In this document: positions 27,632 to 37,270 of the stretch, piece by piece
Layout of the letters: every line of letters begins with the position of its first letter
How positions within the stretch are numbered: position 1 is the first letter of the stretch
Source: an uncultured Prevotella sp.
GTDB taxonomy: Bacteria; Bacteroidota; Bacteroidia; Bacteroidales; Bacteroidaceae
Direction of reading: 5' to 3'
DNA: 64,000 nt
Assembly (NCBI GenBank): GCA_944319795.1
Contig: CALUFA010000004.1
Location: 17,193 to 81,192 of the forward strand
Made by a program: the position numbers and the translations under genes
The notes under the pieces: generated by a model
Told to the model about the DNA's origin: nothing
Database searches by the model: none
What the model saw: only the letters and a program-made list of their open reading frames with translations

Positions 27632-28030
27632 ATGAACAAGATAATCGACTTGCCTAAGATAATCGACCCACGCGGCAACCTGACCGTAGCCGAACAGCTT
27701 AAGAACGTGCCGTTTGAAATCAAGCGGGTTTACTGGGTTTACGACGTGCCGGGAGGCGAGTGCCGCGGCGGCCATTCGCACAAGGAGTGCAAGGAATTCA
27801 TCATCGCCGTAAGCGGCAGCTTCACCGTGACGCTCGACGACGGCAAGAACAAGCACACATACCTACTCAACCATCCGTACCAAGGGCTTTTCGTCGACAC
27901 GGACACTTGGCGCACGCTCGACGACTTTTCGTCGGGAGCCGTCTGCTTAGTGCTCGCTTCCGAGCTTTACGAGGAAGAAGACTACATCAGGGAATACGAA
28001 GATTTCCTTGAATACATAAAATCCGAATGA
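27632..28030 (+). CDS. fdtA: sugar 3,4-ketoisomerase (FdtA/WxcM-like cupin)
   Basis: 132 aa with DPRGNLTVAE..VKRVYWVYDVPGGECRGGHSHKE. Confidence 0.85.
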   Translation: MNKIIDLPKIIDPRGNLTVAEQLKNVPFEIKRVYWVYDVPGGECRGGHSHKECKEFIIAVSGSFTVTLDDGKNKHTYLLNHPYQGLFVDTDTWRTLDDFSSGAVCLVLASELYEEEDYIREYEDFLEYIKSE

Positions 28031-28072
28031 CCGAACACGCGCGGAACGGCGTAAGCAAACTATTTCTTCATT

Positions 28073-28996
28073 ATGCATATAACAGAAATCGGGGCCGGGG
28101 AATACAAGCAACTGTTTAAGAACATGCCGCATGTGTTTAACTCGGTAGAGTTTACCGAATTAAACAAGCACAAGGTTGAAGCCGTCAATTACCTTGTGTT
28201 CGCCGACGGCGGAAAGCCGAAAGCCGGACTGATAGCAGGCAAGCGCTCCGGCGGTTTGTACAGTCCTTTTTCCGCTCCGTTCGGCGGATTCACCACGAAC
28301 GGCAAACTGCGGACAGGCACTATGGAAGAAATCGTTTCCACACTAAAGCAATATTCGCGCAGCACGGGCACCCCCGTGCACATCACCCTGCCGCCGACCG
28401 TCTACGACGAGACACAAATATCGAAGTGGGCGAACACGCTCCAACGCTACGGCACGCTGCTGCCTATCAACCTGAACTACCACTTCGACTTGGCAATGTT
28501 CACCCGTTACCAAGACATCATCGAACGCAACGCAAGGAAAAACCTGCGCCGCGCCATGCAGGAAGACTTGGAACTGCTGTACCTGGGATGCACTCCCGAC
28601 GGCATAGAGCGCGCCTACGAAGTAATCAAGGCCAACCGCGAGGAGCACGGTTATCCGCTTAGGATGACGCTCCAAGGCGTCAAAGACACCGTGGAAACCA
28701 TAAAAGCCGACTTCTTCGTGATGACCCACGGCGGAACTGACGTGGCCGCGGCGCAAGTGTTCCATGTAGCCGAAGGCACGGCGCAAGTAATCTATTGGGG
28801 CGACATTAAGGCGTATTCACACCTGCGCACGATGAACAGACTGGCCTACTCGCTGTTCGGCCACTACCACGCGCAGGGACTCAAGACGCTCGACATAGGC
28901 CCGTCTACCGAAGACGGCACGCCTAACAACGGCCTGTGCGACTTCAAGGAAGGCATAGGATGCCGGGTAACGCCAAAGTTTTCCTTCATTTTATAA
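28073..28996 (+). CDS. putative acyltransferase, GNAT/FemAB-like fold (uncertain)
   Basis: 307 aa. Sits between the fdtA-like and fdtB-like genes, where an N-acyltransferase is expected. The length and two-lobed pattern resemble Fem-like GNATs. The assignment is from memory and weak. Confidence 0.45.
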   Translation: MHITEIGAGEYKQLFKNMPHVFNSVEFTELNKHKVEAVNYLVFADGGKPKAGLIAGKRSGGLYSPFSAPFGGFTTNGKLRTGTMEEIVSTLKQYSRSTGTPVHITLPPTVYDETQISKWANTLQRYGTLLPINLNYHFDLAMFTRYQDIIERNARKNLRRAMQEDLELLYLGCTPDGIERAYEVIKANREEHGYPLRMTLQGVKDTVETIKADFFVMTHGGTDVAAAQVFHVAEGTAQVIYWGDIKAYSHLRTMNRLAYSLFGHYHAQGLKTLDIGPSTEDGTPNNGLCDFKEGIGCRVTPKFSFIL

Positions 28997-28998
28997 AT

Positions 28999-29126
28999 GT
29001 CATACGGTTATGAGGTCATACGGTTATAGGGCTATGCGGTTGCGTGGAGGTTATGCTTTTATGCGGAGCAACCTCACAACCCGTACCCCTATAACCGCAT
29101 GACAGCATAACCACACAAACCAACCG
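28999..29126. repeat. Family C word hairpin
   Basis: gtcatacggttatgaggtcatacggttatagggctatgcggttgcgtggaggtt pairs with aacctcacaacccgtacccctataaccgcatgacagcataacc. Confidence 0.7.
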
Positions 29127-29128
29127 TC

Positions 29129-30229
29129 ATGATAAAATATCTTGAACTCTCGAAAGTTACGGCCATGCACGCCGACGAAATACGCCAAGCCGTAAGGCGC
29201 GTAGTAGACTCAGGCTGGTACCTTCAAGGCAACGAGAACAAAGCCTTCGAAGAAGAATACGCCCGATATACGGGCACAAGGCACTGCGTAGGCTGCGGCA
29301 ACGGGCTCGATTCGCTCACGCTCATCCTGCGGGCATACATGGAAATGGGCGCAATGAGCCGCGGCGACGAGGTAATAGTGCCGGCGAACACGTACATAGC
29401 GAGCATCCTCGCCATAACCGAAAACGGCCTGAAGCCGGTGTTGGTAGAGCCGCGCCCCGACACGTTCCAAATAGACGACAGCCTGATAGAGCAGGCCGTA
29501 ACGCCGCGCACGCGGGCCGTTATGATAGTGCACCTTTACGGCCGTTGCGCCTATACGGAGAAAATAGGCCGGATATGCAAGGCACACGGCCTGAAGCTGA
29601 TAGAGGACAATGCGCAGGCTCACGGCTGCACGTTCGGCGGCAGGCGTACAGGCTCGCTCGGCGACGCCGCCGGCCACAGCTTCTATCCGGGCAAGAACCT
29701 CGGCGCATTGGGCGACGCAGGAGCCGTGACGACCGACGACGACGAACTGGCCGACACCGTAAGGGCGCTCGGCAACTACGGCTCGAGCCGCAAATACGTG
29801 TTCGACATGAAGGGGCGCAACAGCCGCCTCGACGAGATTCAAGCCGCCGTGCTGCGCGTAAAGCTGAAATATCTCGACGAAGACAACGCCGTACGCCGCC
29901 GCATCGCCATGCGTTACATCCGGCAGGTATCCAACCCTTGGCTCGTGTTGCCGGGCGAAGAATACTGCCGGAACAGCGTACACCACATATTCCCCGTAAT
30001 GTGCAGCCGGCGCGACGACCTGCAACGCTACCTCGCCGACAACGGAGTCGGCACGATGATACACTACCCTATTCCGCCGCACAAGCAAAAATGCTACGCC
30101 GGTTGGAACGGGATGAGCCTGCCCGTAACCGAGAGGATACACCGCGAAGAGCTGAGCATACCGCTCAACCAAACGCTGACGGAAGAAGAAACGGGAAACA
30201 TCGTCGGGCTGCTTAACAACTTCAAGTAA
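29129..30229 (+). CDS. DegT/DnrJ/EryC1/StrS family sugar aminotransferase (FdtB-like)
   Basis: 366 aa with [18 protein letters not shown] and a PLP-dependent fold-type I sugar aminotransferase pattern. Confidence 0.9.
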   Translation: MIKYLELSKVTAMHADEIRQAVRRVVDSGWYLQGNENKAFEEEYARYTGTRHCVGCGNGLDSLTLILRAYMEMGAMSRGDEVIVPANTYIASILAITENGLKPVLVEPRPDTFQIDDSLIEQAVTPRTRAVMIVHLYGRCAYTEKIGRICKAHGLKLIEDNAQAHGCTFGGRRTGSLGDAAGHSFYPGKNLGALGDAGAVTTDDDELADTVRALGNYGSSRKYVFDMKGRNSRLDEIQAAVLRVKLKYLDEDNAVRRRIAMRYIRQVSNPWLVLPGEEYCRNSVHHIFPVMCSRRDDLQRYLADNGVGTMIHYPIPPHKQKCYAGWNGMSLPVTERIHREELSIPLNQTLTEEETGNIVGLLNNFK

Positions 30230-30251
30230 CAGGGTTGGATAACAACCGTTT

Positions 30252-30380
30252 TCCAAAAGGCCGCCTTTCACCTTCCGAAAGGCGGCCTTTTGCAATCTAA
30301 AAGGTTACCTTCCGCAACGCAAAAGGCAACCTTTTGCATACGTGTCCGGTTTAGTATTGACAATCAATCATTTACGCACA
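30252..30380. repeat. Family A nested-palindrome array
   Basis: caaaaggccgcctttc-acctt-c-gaaaggcggccttttg, then gcaaaaggcaaccttttgc, then the tail tattgacaatcaatcatttacgcaca. Confidence 0.75.
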
Positions 30381-30545
30381 CCCGACCACGCAAGGCACGC
30401 GGCGTAGCCGTACCCTGTCCACTTAACCCCCGGCAGGCGCAAAAAAAGGGAAGCCTCCGTTCCGTATGGCCGGAAGAAGGCTTCTCCGTTGTCAAATCAT
30501 TCTTGCGAACAATGTAATTATGGCATGCAACTAACACTCGCTTTT

Positions 30546-30992
30546 TCAGTCGACATCGATTACTTCAAAACGCTTGTTGAACGTAACCTCAACGTAATTA
30601 GACAGTTTCACCTCGTATTCGTCGTCGTCGCGCTCTATCTCAAGGATGCGGCAGTCAGGGTAGTTCTCCCTTATGTAGTGCCCTATCTGAGCGGGAACAA
30701 GCGATGCCGGCACGGCCGAACGCTTGCATTTCACTTCCGTCCACCGTCCTCGGCCGTCGAATTCTATCTTCTCGCCGTTGGTGAATATAACGGTGTAACT
30801 CTTGCTGAACAGCTCGCTCTCCACCTTCGCGATCGCAATCTTGCGGCCCGGCAGATACGCGCTGATTGTCTGCAGCGCGGCCTTTGGCAGCCTGCTTGGC
30901 GGAATGGCCTTGTCGCTATCCGTATTTGCCGAAGCCGGCGCCGGCAGGAACATGGCCAAGGCGAGCAGTAATGATGTCAATATCGTCTTCAT
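30546..30992 (-). CDS. PepSY-like (DUF2874-type) periplasmic protein
   Basis: 148 aa with a signal peptide. The repeated motif LP..A...I......I..V......YEV.L is present. Confidence 0.75.
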   Translation of the reverse strand: MKTILTSLLLALAMFLPAPASANTDSDKAIPPSRLPKAALQTISAYLPGRKIAIAKVESELFSKSYTVIFTNGEKIEFDGRGRWTEVKCKRSAVPASLVPAQIGHYIRENYPDCRILEIERDDDEYEVKLSNYVEVTFNKRFEVIDVD

Positions 30993-31014
30993 TGTAGTTT
31001 AAAAGTGGGCGGAT

Positions 31015-31140
31015 TTAACTGTTGCCGACGGGCTGACTTTCCTGTTGACGGACGGCAAGCAGGCGGACAGTCGAGGCCATTTGCAGCGCGCAAGGATGCT
31101 TGGCCGATTGCAGTGCGGCCTGCTTGCCTGCCTGTTGGTC
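31015..31140. repeat. Family D-like GC-rich word hairpin (degenerate)
   Basis: gacggacggcaagcaggcggacag pairs with ctgcttgcctgcctgttggtc. Lies between the two PepSY-like genes. Confidence 0.35.
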
Positions 31141-31588
31141 AATCGTCGATGTCGACAACCTGGAAGTTCTTGTTGAACGTCACCTCGAGTCTGTTCGACA
31201 AAACCACTTCATACTGATTGTCGTCCTTCTCGATTTTCAGGATTTTAGTTCCGGGATAGGTAGACTTTACGTATTGGGCTATCTTGGCCGGGACAAGCCG
31301 CGCAGGCACTGACGACATCTTGCAGTCAATCTCCGTCCAGTTGCCCTTGCGGTCGAACTCCACCTTCTCCCCGTTGTTGAACACTACTTCATAGCTCTTC
31401 TCAAACAATCCCGACTCTAATTTGGCCAAGGCCACCTTCTTGGCCGAGAAGTGCTTCTTGATTATCTGCTGGGCTGTTGCAGGCAGTTGGGTTACGCTTA
31501 TCGGCTTGTCGTTGTCTGCCGATGCGTTTACTTGGAATGCTACGAGGCAAACTAATGCCACTACTACGGTTTGGATGATTCTTTTCAT
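31139..31588 (-). CDS. PepSY-like protein (paralog of 30546-30992)
   Basis: 149 aa with the same architecture. It aligns along its full length by eye with the downstream paralog. Confidence 0.75.
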   Translation of the reverse strand: MKRIIQTVVVALVCLVAFQVNASADNDKPISVTQLPATAQQIIKKHFSAKKVALAKLESGLFEKSYEVVFNNGEKVEFDRKGNWTEIDCKMSSVPARLVPAKIAQYVKSTYPGTKILKIEKDDNQYEVVLSNRLEVTFNKNFQVVDIDD

Positions 31589-31697
31589 AATGCTGCGTTT
31601 TTTTAGGGTTTATACTATTTTGTTTCTTTTTCTGATGCAAAGATCACACCCGTTTCTGAAAAGAATCTGAATTTATCGGGACAATATTTCCTTTTAA

Positions 31698-32978
31698 CTA
31701 TTTTTTAGGAAACGTTATTGTAAATACGTGCATGCCGTCGTCGAAACTGTATTTTAACGTAAATCCGTAAAGGTTGCACACGGCTTTGGCCAACGCAAGA
31801 CCGAGTCCGGTAGACGATTTCTTGTCGGCCGAATGGTAGAAACGCTCGAAAATCTTAGATTCGTCGAGCGGAACCGTACTGCCGGTGTTGGCTACGCTGA
31901 ACGTCAGTTCGTCCGCCTTTACGGCAATCCTGCCATATTCAGTGTTGTGTACGAAAGCGTTTCTAATCAGGTTTGCCAGCAGGATGTCAGCCAGCGAAGC
32001 GTCCATCTCGACCACCGGGGCTACGCCCAAGTCGGCGCTTACCGTTATATGCTTGCGCCCGTATATGGGTTTAATGTCGGTAAGGATGCGTTCGGCCACG
32101 TCTTTAACGCTCGTTTCCACGCTGTTGTTGAACTGCCCGTTGTCAATCTTGCACAGCAACAGCAGCGAACGGTTCGTAGCCGACAGGTTTTTCAGCGTGC
32201 GCAGCGTCTTTATAATCTCGGCCATCTGGCTCTCGGTAAGGCCGTCGTCGTCGAGAAGCATCTCCAAACGGTTGGTGCACACGGCCAAAGGCGTCTGCAT
32301 TTCGTGCGACGCATTGGCTATGAACATCTTTTGCTGCTCGTACAGCCTTTCGCTGCGCTCGATGTTCTTCCTTACAGTTTCGTTCAGTTTCTTAAACTCG
32401 TTGATGCTTGTCGGATTGTCGAGCTGCTTGTTTTTCTGCCCTAATTTGTAAGAGTCGAGCCAGTCGAAAAGCCGTTTCAGCGGCTTCATGCTGTGGCGCA
32501 CCGTCCATAAGTTGACGGCCGTTATGCCTAAAAGCAGCACCACGTAAAGGGCGATAAGCCAATAAAGTATCGCCAATTTAAGCTCGTTCTTGTCTATCGT
32601 GGCGGTAAACACGGCCAATTCGCGGTATTGCCCGTTGTCGGTCTGGAATATGTATGTCACCGAACGGGCCGGTTCGTAACCGTAGTTTGAGCTGAAATAC
32701 ATCTCCGTATCCTTATACCTTATATGGCGGTGGCGTGCCGCATAGTCGGCCGATACGTCGCGGATCTGGTACATGTTGCCGGATATTTCATTTGGAGGCG
32801 GCAGCTCTACTCCGGCCAAATAGTCGGTAATAAGGTTTTCGGCGTAGGTGGTAAGGGCCTCGTCGGTCTCGTTGTTGATTTCCTTTATTATGGCAAAATA
32901 AAAACACACGGCCCACAAGGCTATGCTGACAGCCTTGAGAATGGAAAGCCTGAATGTTATTACGTTTTGCAGTTTCAT
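31698..32978 (-). CDS. sensor histidine kinase
   Basis: 426 aa with 2 transmembrane segments, the H-box ANASHEMQTPLAV, and a HATPase_c region (GLGLALAKAV). Confidence 0.85.
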   Translation of the reverse strand: MKLQNVITFRLSILKAVSIALWAVCFYFAIIKEINNETDEALTTYAENLITDYLAGVELPPPNEISGNMYQIRDVSADYAARHRHIRYKDTEMYFSSNYGYEPARSVTYIFQTDNGQYRELAVFTATIDKNELKLAILYWLIALYVVLLLGITAVNLWTVRHSMKPLKRLFDWLDSYKLGQKNKQLDNPTSINEFKKLNETVRKNIERSERLYEQQKMFIANASHEMQTPLAVCTNRLEMLLDDDGLTESQMAEIIKTLRTLKNLSATNRSLLLLCKIDNGQFNNSVETSVKDVAERILTDIKPIYGRKHITVSADLGVAPVVEMDASLADILLANLIRNAFVHNTEYGRIAVKADELTFSVANTGSTVPLDESKIFERFYHSADKKSSTGLGLALAKAVCNLYGFTLKYSFDDGMHVFTITFPKK

Positions 32979-33007
32979 ACCATTTTCTTTAGCAGACGGA
33001 CGACAAG

Positions 33008-33706
33008 TTACTTGCCTGCTTGTTCCCTGTCGACCTTGACGAGCTTATATCCGAATCCGTAAACAGTTTTTATCTCGATGTCGGCACCGGCCGCCTTAAG
33101 CCTTTTGCGCAAGTTCTTCATCTGCGCGTAGATGAAGTCGAAGTTGTCGGCTTGGTCTATGTTGTCGCCCCACACGGCCTCGGCGAGCGTCTGCTTCTCG
33201 ATAAGCCGGTTCGCACGGTTGACAAGGTAAAACAATATGTCGTATTCCTTGCGCCCGAGCTCGATGTCTTTGCCGTCAACTTCCACCTTGAACGTGTCGG
33301 GATGAATGGCCACGTTGCCGAGCCTTATCGTGCGTTCGCCGTTCTGCGAGTTGCGCCTCAGCACGCTGCGGATCCTCGCATGCAGCTCGGCAAGGTGGAA
33401 CGGTTTTGCCAGATAGTCGTCAGCCCCAAGTTCAAGGCCGTTCACCTTATCCTCGATAGAGTCTTTCGCCGATATTATTATCACGTTGTTGCGCTTCCCC
33501 TTGTCGGCCAGCTCGCGCAAGAGGTTGAGCCCGTTGCCGTCGGGCAGCATGATGTCGAGCAGGATGCAGTCGTATTCGTAAACGAAAACCTTCGTCCTTG
33601 CGGAGGCGTAATCAGCCGCCGATTCGACTACGTAGCGTTCCTTTTCAAGCGAACGGACTATCACTTCGCGCAAGTCGGCGTTGTCTTCAATGACGAGTAT
33701 CTTCAT
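33008..33706 (-). CDS. OmpR-family response regulator
   Basis: 232 aa with a receiver domain (ILLDIMLPDGNG) and a winged-helix output domain. Confidence 0.9.
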   Translation of the reverse strand: MKILVIEDNADLREVIVRSLEKERYVVESAADYASARTKVFVYEYDCILLDIMLPDGNGLNLLRELADKGKRNNVIIISAKDSIEDKVNGLELGADDYLAKPFHLAELHARIRSVLRRNSQNGERTIRLGNVAIHPDTFKVEVDGKDIELGRKEYDILFYLVNRANRLIEKQTLAEAVWGDNIDQADNFDFIYAQMKNLRKRLKAAGADIEIKTVYGFGYKLVKVDREQAGK

Positions 33707-33725
33707 CGTATGGTGGAATTTATAT

Positions 33726-33832
33726 AATTAAGGGTTAAGAATTAAGAGTTAAGAAAATATGCTTTGTTGTTAAAACCACCACAAAAGCATGCTTTCTTAA
33801 CTCTTAATTCTTAACTTTTAACTCTTAATTCT
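33726..33832. repeat. Family B word hairpin (overlaps the stop codon of the upstream acetate-CoA ligase gene)
   Basis: gttaagaattaagagttaagaaaatatgc pairs with gctttcttaactcttaattcttaac. Confidence 0.75.
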
Positions 33833-35888
33833 TCTCTATTCTTATTCTCGCGTCGACGGCAACAATGTCGTCCTCGTCGGCGAGAAGCGGGTTGATGTCC
33901 ATCTCCTTTATCTCCGTCGCGAAGCGCAAGAGCGTAGAGAGGCGCACTATTATCTCGGCGTACTTCTTCTCGTTGACGCCCTTCTGTCCGCGCGTTCCTT
34001 TTATAATCTTGTACGCACGGAGCGAACGTATCATCGAGTAAGCCTCCTCGTAAGACAACGGAGCAAGTCCGCTCGATACGTCCTTGAGCACTTCGACGAA
34101 GATACCGCCGAGTCCGCAGAGCACAATATGGCCGAAGCGCGGCTCGTACTTAGCGCCGATAAACAGCTCGCGGCCCTTCAACATCTTCTGCACCATGATG
34201 CCGGTTGCGCCCTCGATCTTCATCATCCGGTCGAACTCCAAGCCGAGGTGCTCGGCCGTCCTGATGTTGAGTGCCACTCCGCCGACATCGCTCTTGTGCA
34301 CAGGTCCTACGACTTTGGCCACTACGGGATAGCCAACCTTCTCGGCAAAAGCCGTGAGTTCGGCCTTGTCGGAGCTTACTTTCTCTGACACCATCGGTAT
34401 CCCGGCGCATTCAAACAGCTCGCGCACTTGTTCGGGAGATATGTATCCATCGCCCTCGATGCTCCCGATGACCTCGCGGATGCGCGGCACGTCGACTCCG
34501 AACAACTCTATTTCGGAAGCTGCCGGACGCGGAGTCTTCATCACTTGCGTAAGAGACGTTGCGAGAGTTACCTCGTCGCTGAAGTTGACATGCCCCTTCT
34601 TCAAGAACTCAGCCACCTCGGGACCGGCCGTATTGAGGCACGGCAGGATGGGGAATATCGGTTTCTTGCATTCGAGAATCTTCTTGTGCAGCACGTCGTA
34701 AGCCTCGTAAAGCTGTACAAGTCCGGGTGTTCCGAAGATCACGAAGATGGCGTCGATACCCTTAAACCTGTTCTCGCAGTAGTCGATTGCAAGCGCAAGA
34801 TGCTCAGGTGTGCCGGTTGCGAGTATGTCGATGGGATTGGATACTGACGAGCCGGGGAACAACTTGCCCTTCAGCTCGTCGGCGTCGGGCCCTTCAATCT
34901 TAGGCACGTTGAGTCCGCCTTTCGACAAGGCGTCGGTCAGCATCACGCCCGGGCCGCCGGCGTGGGTCACTATCGCGAAGTTGCGTCCCGTCAGCGGAGG
35001 CAACGTGAAGATGCAACCTACGGTGGTAAGCTCTTCCCTTGAGAAACAGCGCACTATGCCGGCCTTGCGGAAAAGGGCCTCAACGGCAGAGTCGCTGCTG
35101 GCTATCGCGCCGGTGTGCGACGACGCCGCACGGCTTCCGCTCTCGCTGCTGCCGGCCTTGATAGCCGCTATGCGGCAGCCCTTACGTATGAGCGAGCTGG
35201 CGTGGAACAGCAACTTGTCGGGGTTTGAGATATTCTCGATGTAAAGCAACTTGATGTGCGAGTCGCGCTCGGGGTCGAAGTTCTCGTCCATATACTGCAG
35301 AACGTCCTCGATGCCTATCTGCTTGCTGTTGCCGACGCTCCACACAGAGTTGAACGGCAGACCCTTGATTACGGCCGACTCGAGGATGAACACCGCCGTG
35401 GCTCCCGACCCGCTTATGAAGTCGACGCCCTTTTCATGCAGCGTAGGTATGGGTTTCGTGAACACGCTGTGGTGCCACGAGTTCATCAGTCCGATGCAGT
35501 TTGGCCCGATGAGCGCAGCGCCGTACTTCTCGCAAGATTCCAAGATGCGCTGTTCGAGCACGGCTCCGGCCTTGGTCTCCTCGCCGAATCCGGCCGAGAT
35601 TATTATGAAAGCCTTCACGCCCTTTTGGCTTGCGAGCAGCTCTACCGTGTCGGGACACGCCGGAGCCGGTATGACAAGGACGGCCAAGTCGGTAGGAGGA
35701 ATGTCGGCTGCGTCGTGGAACACCTTGATGCCCTGCACCTCGTCTTCCTTCGGATTGACTATTCTCAGCGTGCCCTTGTAACCGCCGCTGATAAGATTGC
35801 GCACCAATGCGCCGCCGGGCTTGTGGACGTTGTTAGAACCGCCCACGACCACGATGCTTTCAGGATGCAATAATTGTCGGTTTATCAT
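33825..35888 (-). CDS. acetate--CoA ligase family protein (ADP-forming acyl-CoA synthetase)
   Basis: 687 aa with a CoA-binding N-terminus (VVGGSNNVHKPGG), a succinyl-CoA-ligase-like domain and an ATP-grasp domain. Confidence 0.85.
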   Translation of the reverse strand: MINRQLLHPESIVVVGGSNNVHKPGGALVRNLISGGYKGTLRIVNPKEDEVQGIKVFHDAADIPPTDLAVLVIPAPACPDTVELLASQKGVKAFIIISAGFGEETKAGAVLEQRILESCEKYGAALIGPNCIGLMNSWHHSVFTKPIPTLHEKGVDFISGSGATAVFILESAVIKGLPFNSVWSVGNSKQIGIEDVLQYMDENFDPERDSHIKLLYIENISNPDKLLFHASSLIRKGCRIAAIKAGSSESGSRAASSHTGAIASSDSAVEALFRKAGIVRCFSREELTTVGCIFTLPPLTGRNFAIVTHAGGPGVMLTDALSKGGLNVPKIEGPDADELKGKLFPGSSVSNPIDILATGTPEHLALAIDYCENRFKGIDAIFVIFGTPGLVQLYEAYDVLHKKILECKKPIFPILPCLNTAGPEVAEFLKKGHVNFSDEVTLATSLTQVMKTPRPAASEIELFGVDVPRIREVIGSIEGDGYISPEQVRELFECAGIPMVSEKVSSDKAELTAFAEKVGYPVVAKVVGPVHKSDVGGVALNIRTAEHLGLEFDRMMKIEGATGIMVQKMLKGRELFIGAKYEPRFGHIVLCGLGGIFVEVLKDVSSGLAPLSYEEAYSMIRSLRAYKIIKGTRGQKGVNEKKYAEIIVRLSTLLRFATEIKEMDINPLLADEDDIVAVDARIRIEKN

Positions 35889-35919
35889 AGATTGATTTTT
35901 ATGTGATTAACAATATGTT

Positions 35920-36378
35920 TTATTTCAGTATCTGCTGCGCGTGTTCCTTGACCTTTACTTCCTTCGGAGTGAAAACGCGCTCTATCACGCCGTCTTCGTT
36001 GATTATGAACGTCGTGCGGAACGTGCCCATGTACGTGCGTCCGCACATTTTCTTCTCGCCCCACACGCCGAACTGTTCAACAAGCGTTTTCTCCGTGTCG
36101 GCTATCAGGTGGAACGGCAGCTCGTTCTTGGCGATGAACCGCTGGTGCTTCTTGCCGTCGTCGACGCTCACGCCCACCACTTCATACCCACGGGCCTTAA
36201 GCTCACCGTAGTTGTCGCGCAGGTTGCAAGCCTCCGTGGTGCAGCCCGACGTTAGGTCTTTCGGGTAAAAATACAACACGAGCTTCTTCCCCTTGAAGTC
36301 GCTAAGCCTTATCTCGTTGCCGTTCTCGTCGCGCCCCAATAGCTCAGGGGCCTTGTCTCCTATGTTCATCTTTATCAC
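35920..36378 (-). CDS. bcp: thioredoxin-dependent thiol peroxidase
   Basis: 152 aa with YFYPKDLTSGCTTEA. Confidence 0.9.
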   Translation of the reverse strand: MIKMNIGDKAPELLGRDENGNEIRLSDFKGKKLVLYFYPKDLTSGCTTEACNLRDNYGELKARGYEVVGVSVDDGKKHQRFIAKNELPFHLIADTEKTLVEQFGVWGEKKMCGRTYMGTFRTTFIINEDGVIERVFTPKEVKVKEHAQQILK

Positions 36379-36398
36379 TGTTTTTATAACATATTACG

Positions 36399-36800
36399 TT
36401 ATCTGTCTATCCAATTCTCAATTTTCACGTCCGGTATATGCGACAAATGCCTGATGTTTTCCGTTACAAGTATCATGTCATACTTTTTCGCCGTTGCACC
36501 TATAAGCAAGTCGAAATCGTCTATCATCGTGCCCTGTCGGCGCAATAACGCTTTCGTTTCAGCGTAAACGGGCAAAACCGGATATATTGATTCGACCTTA
36601 AACAAATTCAACAAATTGCTTATTTGTTTGATGTGCTTTTCTTTTTGCATGCTACATGCCGCGCCATACAGCAATTCACCGACGGTTATTTCCGATATAT
36701 GAATATTTTGCAGACCGACCTTTCTCAAACGGTTTGCCACATCATATTTTTTCCTAAGGAAGAAAATGCAGATATTCGTATCTAATAAGTATTGCTTCAT
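36399..36800 (-). CDS. vapC: type II toxin VapC (PIN domain)
   Basis: 133 aa. The PIN acidic residues are in the contexts LLDTN, ITVGEL, DDFDLLIGATA and VTEN. Confidence 0.85.
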   Translation of the reverse strand: MKQYLLDTNICIFFLRKKYDVANRLRKVGLQNIHISEITVGELLYGAACSMQKEKHIKQISNLLNLFKVESIYPVLPVYAETKALLRRQGTMIDDFDLLIGATAKKYDMILVTENIRHLSHIPDVKIENWIDR

Positions 36801-37078
36801 TCGTCAAAAGAAGTTATCATACGAGTCTTGCCGCTCGTTCTCCCGTTACGTATTTCAGTTTCCATCATATCGGCCTCAGGATCGTCCGCCCATGCGCCTG
36901 AAAGCTCGTTGAAAATAGCTTGTTTATCATCTTCAAGTACAGGCGTTGCCGCCGATTCTTCTTTTAATAATGAATCAGTCAACCTTTTTACTAAATACAA
37001 CTTTGCCTTGCGGCTCAATGTGTTTAGTATATGATAATAATAATCAGCCAAATTCAGGCTTGCGTCCGTTCCTTTCAT
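36797..37078 (-). CDS. putative cognate antitoxin (family unrecognised)
   Basis: The likely start is MKGTDASLNL (ATG at 37076-37078), giving 93 aa. It overlaps vapC by 4 bp (ATGA). A TATATTTG -7-like box lies upstream. Confidence 0.5.
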   Translation of the reverse strand: MKGTDASLNLADYYYHILNTLSRKAKLYLVKRLTDSLLKEESAATPVLEDDKQAIFNELSGAWADDPEADMMETEIRNGRTSGKTRMITSFDE

Positions 37079-37270
37079 CGTAGAATTTATTTGTTTCCTT
37101 TTGCAAATATAGCGCAATTATGGCGTAACGCAAAATAAAAAAGGCTGATTTTTGTCTTTATTTTTCATCGTCTGAACAGCCTTTTCCGCACAGGAAATCA
37201 TCATTTTCGCACTGCGTTGCGCATTTTAGGATAACTTTTCATAACTTTACGCCCGTAAAACGAAACTACT

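Noticed and set aside
24311-29126. A possible CRISPR array, suggested by the many closely spaced repeated sequences.
   Set aside because: The repeats are inverted word arrays separated by full-length genes. They are not constant-length direct repeats with unique 30-40-nt spacers. No cas genes are present.
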